A stretch of 36,294 nt of DNA from assembly GCA_965648905.1 (NCBI GenBank), contig CBFGIT010000024.1:1-36294 (forward strand). Reading direction: 5' to 3'. Under the pieces are notes generated by a model. That model was not told the DNA's origin and did no database searches. It worked only from the letters and a program-made list of their open reading frames with translations. Position 1 is the first letter of the stretch. Every line of letters starts with the position of its first letter. This stretch comes from a candidate division WOR-3 bacterium. Lineage in GTDB: Bacteria; Hydrothermota; Tepidihabitantia; Tepidihabitantales; Tepidihabitantaceae. The position numbers and the translations under genes were made by a program. Positions 1 through 9,308 of this stretch are shown in pieces.

Positions 1-262
1 TGGTGGAGAGCCAGAAGGTGTCTGCACCATCAGGCCGCACTGGACAATGAGGCGGATTCGAGTAGAAATCTATTTTGAGGCAACGGGGCGCCGCCGGAGT
101 AGGCCCATATATGAGGCAACAGGGCAGGCGCAGCCTCCTGAACTGAGATTGAACCGCCAGGCGAGGACCCGGAGGTCAGGAGGCAGAGCACAGAAGGGCG
201 GTCGGCAGAGGGCGAGTGGCGTTTCTGCCTGTTTGACGGTCGGCCGGTTCGCGCTCCGGCGC

Positions 263-290
263 TTGACCCGTGCGCGTGTCGGTCTAGAAT
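263..290 (+). promoter_or_regulatory. sigma70-type promoter (leaderless geometry) for the DUF763 operon
   Basis: TTGACC (263-268), 16 nt, TAGAAT (285-290), 6 nt, GTG start at 297; no Shine-Dalgarno. Confidence 0.75.
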
Positions 291-296
291 GGGCAG

Positions 297-1382
297 GTGC
301 GAAGCGGCATCGCGACCCTGCCCCTGCACTGGGGCACAGCTCCGAAATGGCTGTTTGACCGGATGGTCCGGCTGAGTCGGGCCCTGGTCGAGCTCATCGT
401 CTTCGAATACGGACCCGCGGAGCTGCTCCGGCGGTACTCAGACCCGGTCTGGTTCCAGAGCCTTGGTTGTGTGCTCGGGTTTGACTGGCATTCTTCCGGA
501 GTGACAACCACGGTTACGGGCGCACTCAAGGAGGCGGTGAAGGGTCGAGAACAGGAGCTGGGTGTGTACGTGTGCGGCGGCAAGGGAGCAGCTTCGCGCA
601 AGACCCCGGCCGAGATCACGGCCAATGCCGAGCAACTGAACCTGGACCCGGACCGGTTGGTACGCGCCAGTCGGTTGTCGGCCAAGGTTGACTCGGCTGC
701 CTTGCAGGACGGGTTCCAGATATACCACCATGTGTTTATCGGCACCGGCGACGGTTCCTGGGCTGTTGTGCAGCAGGGCATGAACACCGACACGCGCTGG
801 GCCCGGCGGTACCACTGGCATTCTGAAGGACTCGCTGACTTCACTTCTGAGCCGCATCAGGGCATTGTCTGTGACCACAGGGGCGAGCCGTTGAACATGG
901 TGGCAGGCGAGGCAGCGGACGCACGCGCCGCGTCGGTCGAGATTGCCGGCGAGGAACCGGACAAGACCCTGCGCGAGTATGAGCGCGTACGCCGACTGGC
1001 CATGCCCGAGAAGCACCCGGTCGGCCTGGCCGACCTGAATCCGAAGTATCTGCTGAAGGCCCTGGTCAGGACCTACGAGCATGCACCGCCGGACTTCTCG
1101 GCACTGCTGCTTGAGCCCGGGGTGGGGCCGAAGACCGTCCGCGCTCTGGCTTTGATTGCTGAGGTGGCGCACGGCGCAGCCCTGAGTTTCCGCGACCCGG
1201 TGACCTATTCGTTCGCGGTCGGGGGCAAGGACGGCTGGCCCTATCCGGTTGACCGCAACGCATATGACCGTTCAATCGCGTTCCTGGAACGCGGCATAAG
1301 AGAAGCCAAGCTCGGGCAGCGCGACCGGTTTCTGGCTCTGCGCCGGCTTGAGCGCTGGTCAGAGGAGACGGCTCGGGCATGA
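297..1382 (+). CDS. DUF763 domain-containing protein
   Basis: 361 aa ORF with family-typical motifs LPLHWG.AP.WL, GFDWHSSG.TT, KVD..ALQDG, VVQQGMN..RRYHW, SFAVGGKDG.P; HhH-like LEPGVGPKT segment. Confidence 0.9.
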   Translation: MRSGIATLPLHWGTAPKWLFDRMVRLSRALVELIVFEYGPAELLRRYSDPVWFQSLGCVLGFDWHSSGVTTTVTGALKEAVKGREQELGVYVCGGKGAASRKTPAEITANAEQLNLDPDRLVRASRLSAKVDSAALQDGFQIYHHVFIGTGDGSWAVVQQGMNTDTRWARRYHWHSEGLADFTSEPHQGIVCDHRGEPLNMVAGEAADARAASVEIAGEEPDKTLREYERVRRLAMPEKHPVGLADLNPKYLLKALVRTYEHAPPDFSALLLEPGVGPKTVRALALIAEVAHGAALSFRDPVTYSFAVGGKDGWPYPVDRNAYDRSIAFLERGIREAKLGQRDRFLALRRLERWSEETARA

Positions 1383-2314
1383 GCCGGCAGCCTCGGCCTT
1401 TGCCAAGAGAGTTCATTGAGCGGTACTCGCAGTTCATCCCGGACTTCGACCAATTTCTCTGTTCGATGCGTACGCCTCTGCGCCGCACTTTCCGTATCAA
1501 CACGCTGAAAACGAGCCGCGAGCGTGCGCTGGAGCTGCTCGCTGACCTGAACCCGAAACCGATTCCGTGGACCGAGCTCGGTTTCTCGGTCGAGGACGGC
1601 GAGCGCCTAGGCCTGCGCATCGAGCATTTCATCGGTCTGATTTACGTGCAGGAGGCCGCGTCGATGATTCCACCCCTGCTGCTTTCGCCGTTGCCGCGCG
1701 AGCGTGTGCTCGACCTTGCGGCCGCGCCCGGGTCCAAGACCACCCAGATGTCGGCCATGATGGAGAACTCCGGGCTGGTCATTGCCAATGACCAGTCTCC
1801 GGGCCGGGTGCGCGCGCTCATCTCCAACGTGGACCGGGCCGGCTGCCTGAACGTGGTCGTCTGCCGCAGAGACGGCGGCGTCCTGGCTCAGGCGCTCAAG
1901 GGTTCGTGCGACCGGGTCCTGGTTGACGCGCCCTGCTCTTCCGAAGGCACGATGCGTAAGTCGGGTGAGGCGCTTGACCGCTGGTCGGTTGCGGCTATCC
2001 GTCGGTTCTCCGGTCTCCAGCGTCGGCTTGCTCTGGCCGGGTACGATGCACTCAGACCAGGCGGGGTCATGGTCTACTCGACCTGTACGATTGCACCTGA
2101 GGAAAACGAACAGGTCATTGCCGAGCTGCTGCGCGTTCGGCCTGAGGCAGAGCTGCTGCCTGCTTCTCTGCCCGGACTGAAAACCCGTCCCGGGCTTGCC
2201 GAGTTTAACGGGCAGGAGTTTCCCGCGCTGCTTTCCCGGGCATCAAGAATCATGCCCCAGGACAATGATACCGAGGCGTTCTTCGCCGCGCTTGTCAGGC
2301 GGCCAGAAGCATGA
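1379..2314 (+). CDS. RsmB/RsmF (NOL1/NOP2/Sun) family RNA cytosine-C5 methyltransferase
   Basis: Motifs YVQEAASM, DLAAAPGSKTTQ (SAM binding), DAPCS (motif IV), YSTCT (motif VI); ATGA overlap with the upstream gene. Confidence 0.93.
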   Translation: MSRQPRPLPREFIERYSQFIPDFDQFLCSMRTPLRRTFRINTLKTSRERALELLADLNPKPIPWTELGFSVEDGERLGLRIEHFIGLIYVQEAASMIPPLLLSPLPRERVLDLAAAPGSKTTQMSAMMENSGLVIANDQSPGRVRALISNVDRAGCLNVVVCRRDGGVLAQALKGSCDRVLVDAPCSSEGTMRKSGEALDRWSVAAIRRFSGLQRRLALAGYDALRPGGVMVYSTCTIAPEENEQVIAELLRVRPEAELLPASLPGLKTRPGLAEFNGQEFPALLSRASRIMPQDNDTEAFFAALVRRPEA

Positions 2315-2739
2315 AACATATCACCAGCATCAAGCTGAAGTTCGGCATTCCGGACAAAGTGTTTGAGAGGCTGGCCGCAATTCAGGTTCAGGAGACGGTG
2401 TTTGTCGGTACGCCCGAGGTGATGAAGTTCAATGCCGTCAACCCGATGCGTCGGGGTATCAGGCTTTGCCGTGTCTTCTCCTACTCGACCAAGCCGACCA
2501 CGTGGGCGATGCAGGTGCTGGGAAGCCAGGCAACAAAGAACGTGCTTTCGCTCACTGACGAACAGGCCCGATTCATCATCAACGGCGGCGAGCTGCGAAT
2601 TGAGGCCGAGGTAGAGGACGGATTCGTCCTGTTGCGCTGGCACGAATTCACGATCGGCGTCGGGCTCTACAAGAGACCGGTGCTCAAGTCCCAGATACCG
2701 CGTTTCCGCAGCGTCGAAGAGAACCCGGCCGGAGACTAG
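2311..2739 (+). CDS. PUA-like RNA-binding protein resembling the RsmF C-terminal / NIP7-like domain
   Basis: 142 aa; KPTT.AMQ.LG..ATKNVL.L...A...I.G, GFVLL.....IGVG...LKSQIP pattern; ATGA overlap with the methyltransferase. Confidence 0.65.
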   Translation: MKHITSIKLKFGIPDKVFERLAAIQVQETVFVGTPEVMKFNAVNPMRRGIRLCRVFSYSTKPTTWAMQVLGSQATKNVLSLTDEQARFIINGGELRIEAEVEDGFVLLRWHEFTIGVGLYKRPVLKSQIPRFRSVEENPAGD

Positions 2740-3344
2740 TCCAGCCAGTCTCCGCGCCGCAGCAGCTCGTAAAGCACTATGCCCGCAGCAGTTGCGACGT
2801 TAATCGAGTTCTTGTAGCCGAAGACCGGAATCTGCACAACCCCGTCACAGTGCGCAAGTACCGCGGGCGACACGCCCAGCGCCTCGTTGCCCAGCACCAG
2901 TCCGACCGGGAAGGTGAACTCGAACTGATGGAACAGAGGTGCGTTGTCGGCTGTTTCCAGGGCGATGACCTGAATGCCGGAGTGCTTCAGTGTGTCGACT
3001 GCGTCAGCCGTCTGGGCGAACCGTTGCCAGGGTACGGAGCGGGTCGTACCGAGCGAAGTCTGCTCCAGCTTGTGATGGGGCGGGCACGCAGTGTAGCCGC
3101 AGGGTATCACCTCGGCGGCCCGGGCTGCGTCGGCCAGCCGGAATATCGCGCCGACGTTGAACGCGCTGCGGAGGTTGTCGAGCACGATGTGAATCGGCCT
3201 GCGCTCCAGACGACGAAACTCCTCGGGTGGAAGTTGCGAGTCGCGCGAACGAACTTCATAGAACGTCTCAATCCCGTCCGGCGACTTCCAGCCCTTGAGC
3301 GAGCGGCCCGGCTTGAGTGACTTACCTTTGGTTCGGGGTTTCAT
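2736..3344 (-). CDS. TrmH/SpoU family (SPOUT) RNA 2'-O-methyltransferase
   Basis: VLDNLRSAFNVGAIFR, LVLGNEALGVS, IPVFGYKNSINVATA motifs; start moved to ATG 3344, which forms an ATGA overlap with the aldolase stop. Confidence 0.9.
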   Translation of the reverse strand: MKPRTKGKSLKPGRSLKGWKSPDGIETFYEVRSRDSQLPPEEFRRLERRPIHIVLDNLRSAFNVGAIFRLADAARAAEVIPCGYTACPPHHKLEQTSLGTTRSVPWQRFAQTADAVDTLKHSGIQVIALETADNAPLFHQFEFTFPVGLVLGNEALGVSPAVLAHCDGVVQIPVFGYKNSINVATAAGIVLYELLRRGDWLD

Positions 3345-4081
3345 GAACGCCCGGCCGCGGCATGACGAATTGCCCGGCACTGAGCAGATGAGAGTCCGGT
3401 GCCCATCGTGCGACGTTCGCCCAGTCGCAAAGCGATGTCTGCGGCCTTGTCGGCAAGTTCAATCAGGTCAAGCGCACTGGCTAGGGTCGGGCCGGACGCA
3501 ATCATGCCGTGAAACGGCCAGATGACCGCGGACACGCTCTCGAACGCACGGGCAGTTGCCTGGGCCAGTTCATTTGAGCCGGGAGGAAAGAAGGGAATTG
3601 CCACGACCCTGTCCTCTATCAGGACCGGGCCCTCGCTGTGCATCCGAATGAGCCCGGCGACAAGTTCCTCGGGTCTGCGCTCAAGCAGGCTGAGGGCAAC
3701 CAGTGCGGTTGGGTGGGCGTGCAGCACGGCCCGGTCACGGGACCGAACCTGGGCGAGTACCCGGTGCACTGCGATGTGCGAGGCGAGTTCGCTGGTTGGG
3801 ACTGATCCCCGGGGCTTGACCGAGGAGATGCGGAACTCCTTGTCCAGACTTACCCGACACAAACCCAGTTCCGGTTGCCGGGCAAGGTCCCGCATGCGTA
3901 CGCCGGTCTGTTTGGTCAGGAGCACTGCTCCGGACTGCCTGTTCCTGCCGGCCCAGACTCCAAGCCGAAAGGACAGGTTGCCACTGTTCGCCTCGGCCCA
4001 GTTGCGGCGAACCAGCTCGGCCGCGGTCGTAGCCACGTCCTCCCGCACCCTGCGAGTCAAGGCGACTGAATACTGCGTCAC
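3341..4081 (-). CDS. class II aldolase/adducin family protein (rhamnulose-1-phosphate aldolase-like)
   Basis: WAEANSGNLS, PTSELASH, VLHAHP, W.FHG metal-binding motifs; substrate not determinable. Confidence 0.85.
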   Translation of the reverse strand: MTQYSVALTRRVREDVATTAAELVRRNWAEANSGNLSFRLGVWAGRNRQSGAVLLTKQTGVRMRDLARQPELGLCRVSLDKEFRISSVKPRGSVPTSELASHIAVHRVLAQVRSRDRAVLHAHPTALVALSLLERRPEELVAGLIRMHSEGPVLIEDRVVAIPFFPPGSNELAQATARAFESVSAVIWPFHGMIASGPTLASALDLIELADKAADIALRLGERRTMGTGLSSAQCRAIRHAAAGRS

Positions 4082-4087
4082 AGAACG

Positions 4088-4115
4088 ATAATCCGCGAAC
4101 CCGGCCCGCAGTCAA
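4088..4115 (-). promoter_or_regulatory. promoter (leaderless geometry) for the aldolase-TrmH operon
   Basis: Minus strand TTGACT (4115-4110), 16 nt, GATTAT (4093-4088), 6 nt, GTG at 4081. Confidence 0.6.
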
Positions 4116-4139
4116 GTTCTGCTCCGGGCCGAGTCGGCC

Positions 4140-4167
4140 TTGACTTGGCCCCAGCAGTGGCTAGCAT
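4140..4167 (+). promoter_or_regulatory. promoter for the DUF4177 gene (divergent from the aldolase promoter)
   Basis: TTGACT (4140-4145), 16 nt, TAGCAT (4162-4167); AAAGGAG SD before ATG 4191. Confidence 0.65.
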
Positions 4168-4190
4168 GGGCTGTCGAAAGGAGTCGCCCA

Positions 4191-4445
4191 ATGACGAAGT
4201 TCGAGTACAAGTTCGTGCAGATTGACGTCAACCTTAGTCCGATTCTGAAGATGGCCCGGTGGGGTGTCGTGGTCCCGGGCGAGAAGAAGCCTCGTGACAC
4301 CATGGAAGGCGTCGAAGCTTACATCACCCAGCTCGGCCATGAAGGCTGGGAACTCGTGGCCGCTTTCAACGGCAGCGAGCAGACCGGAATCATCACCCGG
4401 GCAATACTGCTCATGAAGCGTCAGTTGCCCGAGGCTTCGTCCTAG
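4191..4445 (+). CDS. DUF4177 domain-containing small protein
   Basis: 84 aa MTKFEYKFV...LGHEGWELV...LLMKR pattern; good SD upstream of 4191. Confidence 0.8.
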   Translation: MTKFEYKFVQIDVNLSPILKMARWGVVVPGEKKPRDTMEGVEAYITQLGHEGWELVAAFNGSEQTGIITRAILLMKRQLPEASS

Positions 4446-4484
4446 TCAACGACTCCGGCTTGTCCCCGGGCCTCGCGGCGCCTG

Positions 4485-4979
4485 ATGATGCGCTACGACT
4501 GGCTGGACTGGGCAGCACTCGGCTTCGTGGCGACCGTCGCTGGTGTGCAGCTCTTGAGAGCGGTCCGGGACTTCTCGCGCGTGCTCTACGAGACCCTCTT
4601 CTTCATCGGCGCTCTCCTGCTCACCAACCGGCTGTTCATCCCGGTGCAGGAGCTTACTCATCTTTCTTACCCGGTCTCGTACCTGCTGCTGTTCCTCGTC
4701 TCTGCCGGACTGGCGATTCTCCTGGCCGCGCTCCTTAACTCCCGGGTAGCATTCGGCATGGGAGCGTTCAACTACATCCTTGGACTTCTGTTGGCCGTAG
4801 TCTGTGCTTACACCATCGGCCATGTGGCCATTCGTGTGCCGTACATCGCCTTTGCCCATCAAGACCGTCAGTTCTTCGAGGCGGTGAACCGTTCACTTGT
4901 CGCCCGCGACCTGCTGCGCTTCCGCACCATGGTTGAAGTCCTTGCCGTCCTGCGCCAGGCGCGCTGGCTGAACCTGTGA
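4485..4979 (+). CDS. membrane protein, CvpA-like
   Basis: About four hydrophobic segments, N-terminal WLDW, later NYILG.LL motif reminiscent of the CvpA family. Confidence 0.55.
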   Translation: MMRYDWLDWAALGFVATVAGVQLLRAVRDFSRVLYETLFFIGALLLTNRLFIPVQELTHLSYPVSYLLLFLVSAGLAILLAALLNSRVAFGMGAFNYILGLLLAVVCAYTIGHVAIRVPYIAFAHQDRQFFEAVNRSLVARDLLRFRTMVEVLAVLRQARWLNL

Positions 4980-5012
4980 ACACACTTCAGTGCTCGTAGC
5001 AATCGGCGCCCC

Positions 5013-6731
5013 ATGACTGACGTCACCATTGTGGTCGCCGGCCAGGCCGGTCAGGGCGTTGATACTGCCTCGGAACTGCTCGCCCGAACGATGATGCGCA
5101 GCGGCTACTACGTTTTCGCCCACCCGGACGTCATGTCGCGCATCCGGGGCGGGCATAACTTCACCGCGATCCGCGTTGCCGATCGGCCAATCGCGTCCAC
5201 CACCGGCACGGCCAGTCTCGTGCTGGCGCTGGATGAATCATCAGTGAGTCTGCGACGTCCTGATCTGATACCGGATGGAATGGTCGTGGCTGAGGGTCAA
5301 CCTGAAAACGGCGTCCAAGACGGCACGTTTCGGGTGCCAATGGCCAGACTGGCGGCTGAGGTCGGCGGAGCGAGGACGATGGCCAACACCGTAGGACTGG
5401 GTGTGCTCTTCGCGCTGGTCGGCCATCCGCTCAAGCCCCTGCTTGAACTGCTGGCCGAGCGATTCAAGGCCAAGGGCCGGGACATGGTGCGTCTGAATCA
5501 GGCATGCGCGCAGGCTGGTTACAAGTCGGTGGCTGCGACGTCGGCTCGTTCGTGTCCGTGCACCATCCCAGCACTGGAGAGACCGGCTTCACGACTGCTG
5601 CTTTCCGGCAACCACGCAATTGCCCTCGGCGCACTCTGCTCCGGAGTTCAGTTCTTCTCCGGCTACCCAATGTCGCCTGCGACACCGATAATGGAGTATC
5701 TGGCCGGCAGGCAGGAGGAGTTCGGCGTCCTTGTTGAGCAGGCAGAAGACGAACTCGCCGCAATCAATCAGGTCCTGGGCGCATCGTATGCCGGAGCTCG
5801 AACGATGACTGCAACCTCAGGCGGAGGGTTCTCGCTGATGGTCGAAGGTCTGGGTCTGGCCGGGATGGCGGAACTGCCCTGTGTCATTATCCTTGCCCAA
5901 CGCCCGGGACCCGCCACCGGCTTCCCCACCAGAACCGAGCAGGCCGAACTTCTGTTTGCCATCTCGGCCTCAGGCGACGACTTCCCGCGTTTTGTCTTTG
6001 CTCCGGGCACTGCCGAGCAGGCGTTCGACCTTACCCGCCGCGCGTTTGACCTTGCCGAGAAGTACCAGGTACCGGTGATTGTCCTCTCCGACCAGTTCCT
6101 GTCCGACTCGCTCTGGACAGTTCCCAGCCACTGTCTCGCCAAGGCGATTCCCGCCGAGGAAGGGACTACTCGGCCCGGACAAGTTCGCCCGCCGTTCTCC
6201 TACCAGCGGTATGCCGACACAGCCAACGGCGTTTCCCCCAGACTCTGGCCCGGTACCCCACACCAGATTGTCCGCAGCATGGGCAACGAACACGATGAGA
6301 ACGGACTCCAGATTGAAGACGCGCAGACCCGCGTCCGGATGCATGACAAGCGGATGAAGAAACTGCCGGCAATGAGCGAGGAGATTGACGTGGCGACCGC
6401 CTATCCGGTTGACAGTGCTGAGTTCACGCTGGTCTGCTTCGGTTCGACCATCGGTCCGGTCCGAGAGGCAGTTGACATTCTCCGGGCGGAGCGCATCAAT
6501 GTCAATGCCGTGCATCTGACTGAACTCTGTCCTTTCCCGCGCGCAAGCGCTGTCGCCCGGCTCAGTACTTGCCGGCGCGTCTTCACCGTCGAGAACAACT
6601 CGACCGGCCAGCTTGCCCGCCTGCTTCGCCGGGAAGCGAGAATCCTGGCCGACAGCGAGATTCTGAAGTTCGACGGCCGGCCTCTTACTGGTGTCGAACT
6701 GGCCGGGCAGCTCAGGAAGGTCTTACGGTGA
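5013..6731 (+). CDS. korA: 2-oxoacid:ferredoxin oxidoreductase subunit alpha (fused gamma-alpha), copy 1
   Basis: GQAGQGV, SRIRGGHN, YPMSPAT, QAEDE, ATSGGGFSLM, QRPGPATG.PT, VENN..GQL, KFDGRP; substrate specificity not determinable. Confidence 0.93.
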   Translation: MTDVTIVVAGQAGQGVDTASELLARTMMRSGYYVFAHPDVMSRIRGGHNFTAIRVADRPIASTTGTASLVLALDESSVSLRRPDLIPDGMVVAEGQPENGVQDGTFRVPMARLAAEVGGARTMANTVGLGVLFALVGHPLKPLLELLAERFKAKGRDMVRLNQACAQAGYKSVAATSARSCPCTIPALERPASRLLLSGNHAIALGALCSGVQFFSGYPMSPATPIMEYLAGRQEEFGVLVEQAEDELAAINQVLGASYAGARTMTATSGGGFSLMVEGLGLAGMAELPCVIILAQRPGPATGFPTRTEQAELLFAISASGDDFPRFVFAPGTAEQAFDLTRRAFDLAEKYQVPVIVLSDQFLSDSLWTVPSHCLAKAIPAEEGTTRPGQVRPPFSYQRYADTANGVSPRLWPGTPHQIVRSMGNEHDENGLQIEDAQTRVRMHDKRMKKLPAMSEEIDVATAYPVDSAEFTLVCFGSTIGPVREAVDILRAERINVNAVHLTELCPFPRASAVARLSTCRRVFTVENNSTGQLARLLRREARILADSEILKFDGRPLTGVELAGQLRKVLR

Positions 6732-6762
6732 CTTGTCGGCAGTCTCTCCGGGCATTCAGAAG

Positions 6763-7635
6763 ATGAGCCGCCAGTCTGAGCAGTGGTCGACGAACGTTGA
6801 TTCCACCTGGTGTCCGGGCTGCGGTAACTTCGCAATCCTCAAAGCAATTCGCCAGGCATTGACCGAGCTGAAGCTCAAGCCCTGGCAGGTTTGTGTTGTC
6901 GCTGGCATCGGTCAGGCGGGCCGGGTTGCCCACCATCTCGGATGCAACTACCTCCATGGACTGCACGGTCGGGCTCTGGCTCACGCGCTCGGCGTCAAGC
7001 TGGCCAACCACAGTCTGACCGTCATCGCCATCGGCGGCGATGGTGACATGTATGCTGAGGGCGGCAATCATCTGCTTCACGCCGTCCGGCGCAACCCGAG
7101 CATCGCCTGCTTTGTCCACAACAATGGGGTCTATGGTCTCACTCGCGGCCAGCCTGCCCCGACCGGCGTATCAGAGCTTGTGCGACGAGAGGGGCCGCAT
7201 CTGATGCCGCCGTTCAACCCTGTTCTGTTTGCTCTGGGACTTGGCGGGACCTTTGTGGCGCGTGGATTTGCCGGAGACCAGACACACCTGACACGGCTCA
7301 TGGTCGAGACGCTCAGTCATCCCGGTTTCGGACTGCTCGATATCCTTCAACCCTGTGTCACTTACAATCGCGTCAACACCTTTGCCTGGTACAGAGAAAG
7401 GGTATATGACTTGGCTGCTGACGGACATGACCCTTCTGACCTGGCTAGGGCTTTGGCGCGAGCGATGGAGTGGCCCGCGCCAGATGCCGGAGATGCGCGT
7501 ATTCCAGTCGGTGTCTTCTTCCGGGCACGCCGCCCGGCTTATGAAGGTCAGTTGAGGCCGCTTCAGCATGGCCCGCTCGTCCACCGCGCCCCAGACCAGA
7601 GAAGACTTAAGGCCGCATTCAGGGAATTCCGATGA
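6763..7635 (+). CDS. korB: 2-oxoacid:ferredoxin oxidoreductase subunit beta, copy 1
   Basis: WCPGCGN, LHGRA, GGDGD TPP motif, NNGVYGLTRGQ, ILQPCVTYN; start placed at ATG 6763. Confidence 0.92.
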   Translation: MSRQSEQWSTNVDSTWCPGCGNFAILKAIRQALTELKLKPWQVCVVAGIGQAGRVAHHLGCNYLHGLHGRALAHALGVKLANHSLTVIAIGGDGDMYAEGGNHLLHAVRRNPSIACFVHNNGVYGLTRGQPAPTGVSELVRREGPHLMPPFNPVLFALGLGGTFVARGFAGDQTHLTRLMVETLSHPGFGLLDILQPCVTYNRVNTFAWYRERVYDLAADGHDPSDLARALARAMEWPAPDAGDARIPVGVFFRARRPAYEGQLRPLQHGPLVHRAPDQRRLKAAFREFR

Positions 7636-9308
7636 ATCCGACTGACTCAGGAATCGTCATTGCCGGCCAGGCTGGCCAGGGCGTCCAATTCTGCTCAAGA
7701 CTTCTGGCCCGGGTCTTGGTGCGAAGCGGTTACCATGTACTCGTGACGCAGGACCTGATGTCACGGATTCGGGGCGGACACAACTTTGCCCGTGTTCGGA
7801 TATCAGATCGGCCGGTCGCGGCAGATTCCGACTCACCGCTGCTCGCGGTCCTGCTCGACCCGACCCTGCTGTCTCAATACATCGATTCGGGCGCGACGGT
7901 ACTGGTTGAACAAGGAACTGGTGCGAACATCCTGCCCATCCCAATGGCGGCTCTTGCTGTCGAGGCGGGCAAGGGCGCACTCGATACCAACATCGTGGCG
8001 CTGGGTGCGCTGCTCGCGCTGCTCGGCCATCCGCTCGAACCTTTGCTCGAGATTCTGAAGGAGCGACTCCCGGCCGGAACCATTGACTCAGACCATGCGT
8101 GCGCCCGGGCCGGATACAAGTACGTGCAGAGTCATGTCGGTCCGGTTGTGAGTCTGCCCGAACGGTCCGGGACAGAGCGGCTGCTCGTCACCGGTGCGCA
8201 AGCGCTCGCGCTCGGGGCCCTTTTCGGCGGAGCCCGGTTCTTCACCAACTACCCAATGGCCCCGGCCAGCCCGATATTCGAGTACGTGGCCCGGCATGCT
8301 GACGTACTCAACGTCATCTGTGAGCAGCCCGAAGACGAAATCGCCGCGGTCAATCTGGCAATCGGCGCTTCGTTTGCCGGAGCGCCGGCTTTCACCTGCA
8401 CCTCGGCAAGTGGATTTTCATTGATGGTAGAAACGTTGAGCCTGGCCGGCATGACCGAGACGCCGCTTGTCATCGGGCTAGGTATGAGACCAGGTCCGGC
8501 AACCGGCATGGCCACGCGCACCGCCCAGGCCGACCTGCTCTTCGCACTCAGTGCCGGCCACGGTGAATTCCCGCGCATCGTGTTTGCGCCCGCGGATGCG
8601 GCACAGGGGTTCTGTGCTGCTCGCGACGCAGTTCGACTTGCCGAGCAGTATCAGACCCCGGTCATCGTGCTCTTTGACCAGTACATGGCCGATGCGAGCT
8701 GGACCGTAGAACCTGATTACCTCGTTCCAGCCGACACCACCATACGTCTACAACTCGACTCAATCCCGGACAAGCCGTACCGTCGCTACGAGATTACTGA
8801 CAGCGGCATTTCGCCGCGCCTGCTGCCTGGAACACCCGGCCAAGTCGTGTACGCTGACTCAGACGAGCACACGCCTGAGGGCCACATCACTGAGTCAGCT
8901 GCAATCCGCCAGCAGATGGTCGCAAAGCGAAACCGCAAACTGGCTGATGCCAGTTTCGATCCGCCTGAGTACATCGGCCCGTCCGAGCCGGAAGCTTTGG
9001 TCTTCTGCTTTGGCTCGACCCGCGGTATCGTTGCCGAGGCTATGGCACGGTTGAACCAAAGCGGACTCAGCCTGGCAATGCTGCACCTTGCCCGAGTTTG
9101 GCCGTTTCCACTCGAAACCGTCCGGCAGTCTGCGGCCGGTGCGAAACGCCTGTGCACGGTCGAAGGGAACTACTCGGCTCAGCTTGCCCAGCTCCTGGCC
9201 CAAGAGAGCCGCCTCCGCGTCACCGGCTCAGTCAGAAAGTACGACGGCCGACAGTTCTCGGTTGCTGAAGTCGAAACCGGGCTGAGGAAGCTCGTCGAAT
9301 CGCCATGA
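7632..9308 (+). CDS. korA: 2-oxoacid:ferredoxin oxidoreductase subunit alpha, copy 2
   Basis: GQAGQGV, SRIRGGHN, YPMAPAS, QPEDE, RPGPATG, SDEH..GH, KYDGR; ATGA overlap with beta 1. Confidence 0.92.
   Translation: MNPTDSGIVIAGQAGQGVQFCSRLLARVLVRSGYHVLVTQDLMSRIRGGHNFARVRISDRPVAADSDSPLLAVLLDPTLLSQYIDSGATVLVEQGTGANILPIPMAALAVEAGKGALDTNIVALGALLALLGHPLEPLLEILKERLPAGTIDSDHACARAGYKYVQSHVGPVVSLPERSGTERLLVTGAQALALGALFGGARFFTNYPMAPASPIFEYVARHADVLNVICEQPEDEIAAVNLAIGASFAGAPAFTCTSASGFSLMVETLSLAGMTETPLVIGLGMRPGPATGMATRTAQADLLFALSAGHGEFPRIVFAPADAAQGFCAARDAVRLAEQYQTPVIVLFDQYMADASWTVEPDYLVPADTTIRLQLDSIPDKPYRRYEITDSGISPRLLPGTPGQVVYADSDEHTPEGHITESAAIRQQMVAKRNRKLADASFDPPEYIGPSEPEALVFCFGSTRGIVAEAMARLNQSGLSLAMLHLARVWPFPLETVRQSAAGAKRLCTVEGNYSAQLAQLLAQESRLRVTGSVRKYDGRQFSVAEVETGLRKLVESP

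Noticed and set aside
60..125. CRISPR array
   Set aside because: Only two imperfect copies separated by about 7 nt; no spacer-length gaps and no cas genes
47..358. 103 aa Arg-rich ORF
   Set aside because: Low-complexity translation spanning repeats and the DUF763 promoter; overlaps DUF763 out of frame
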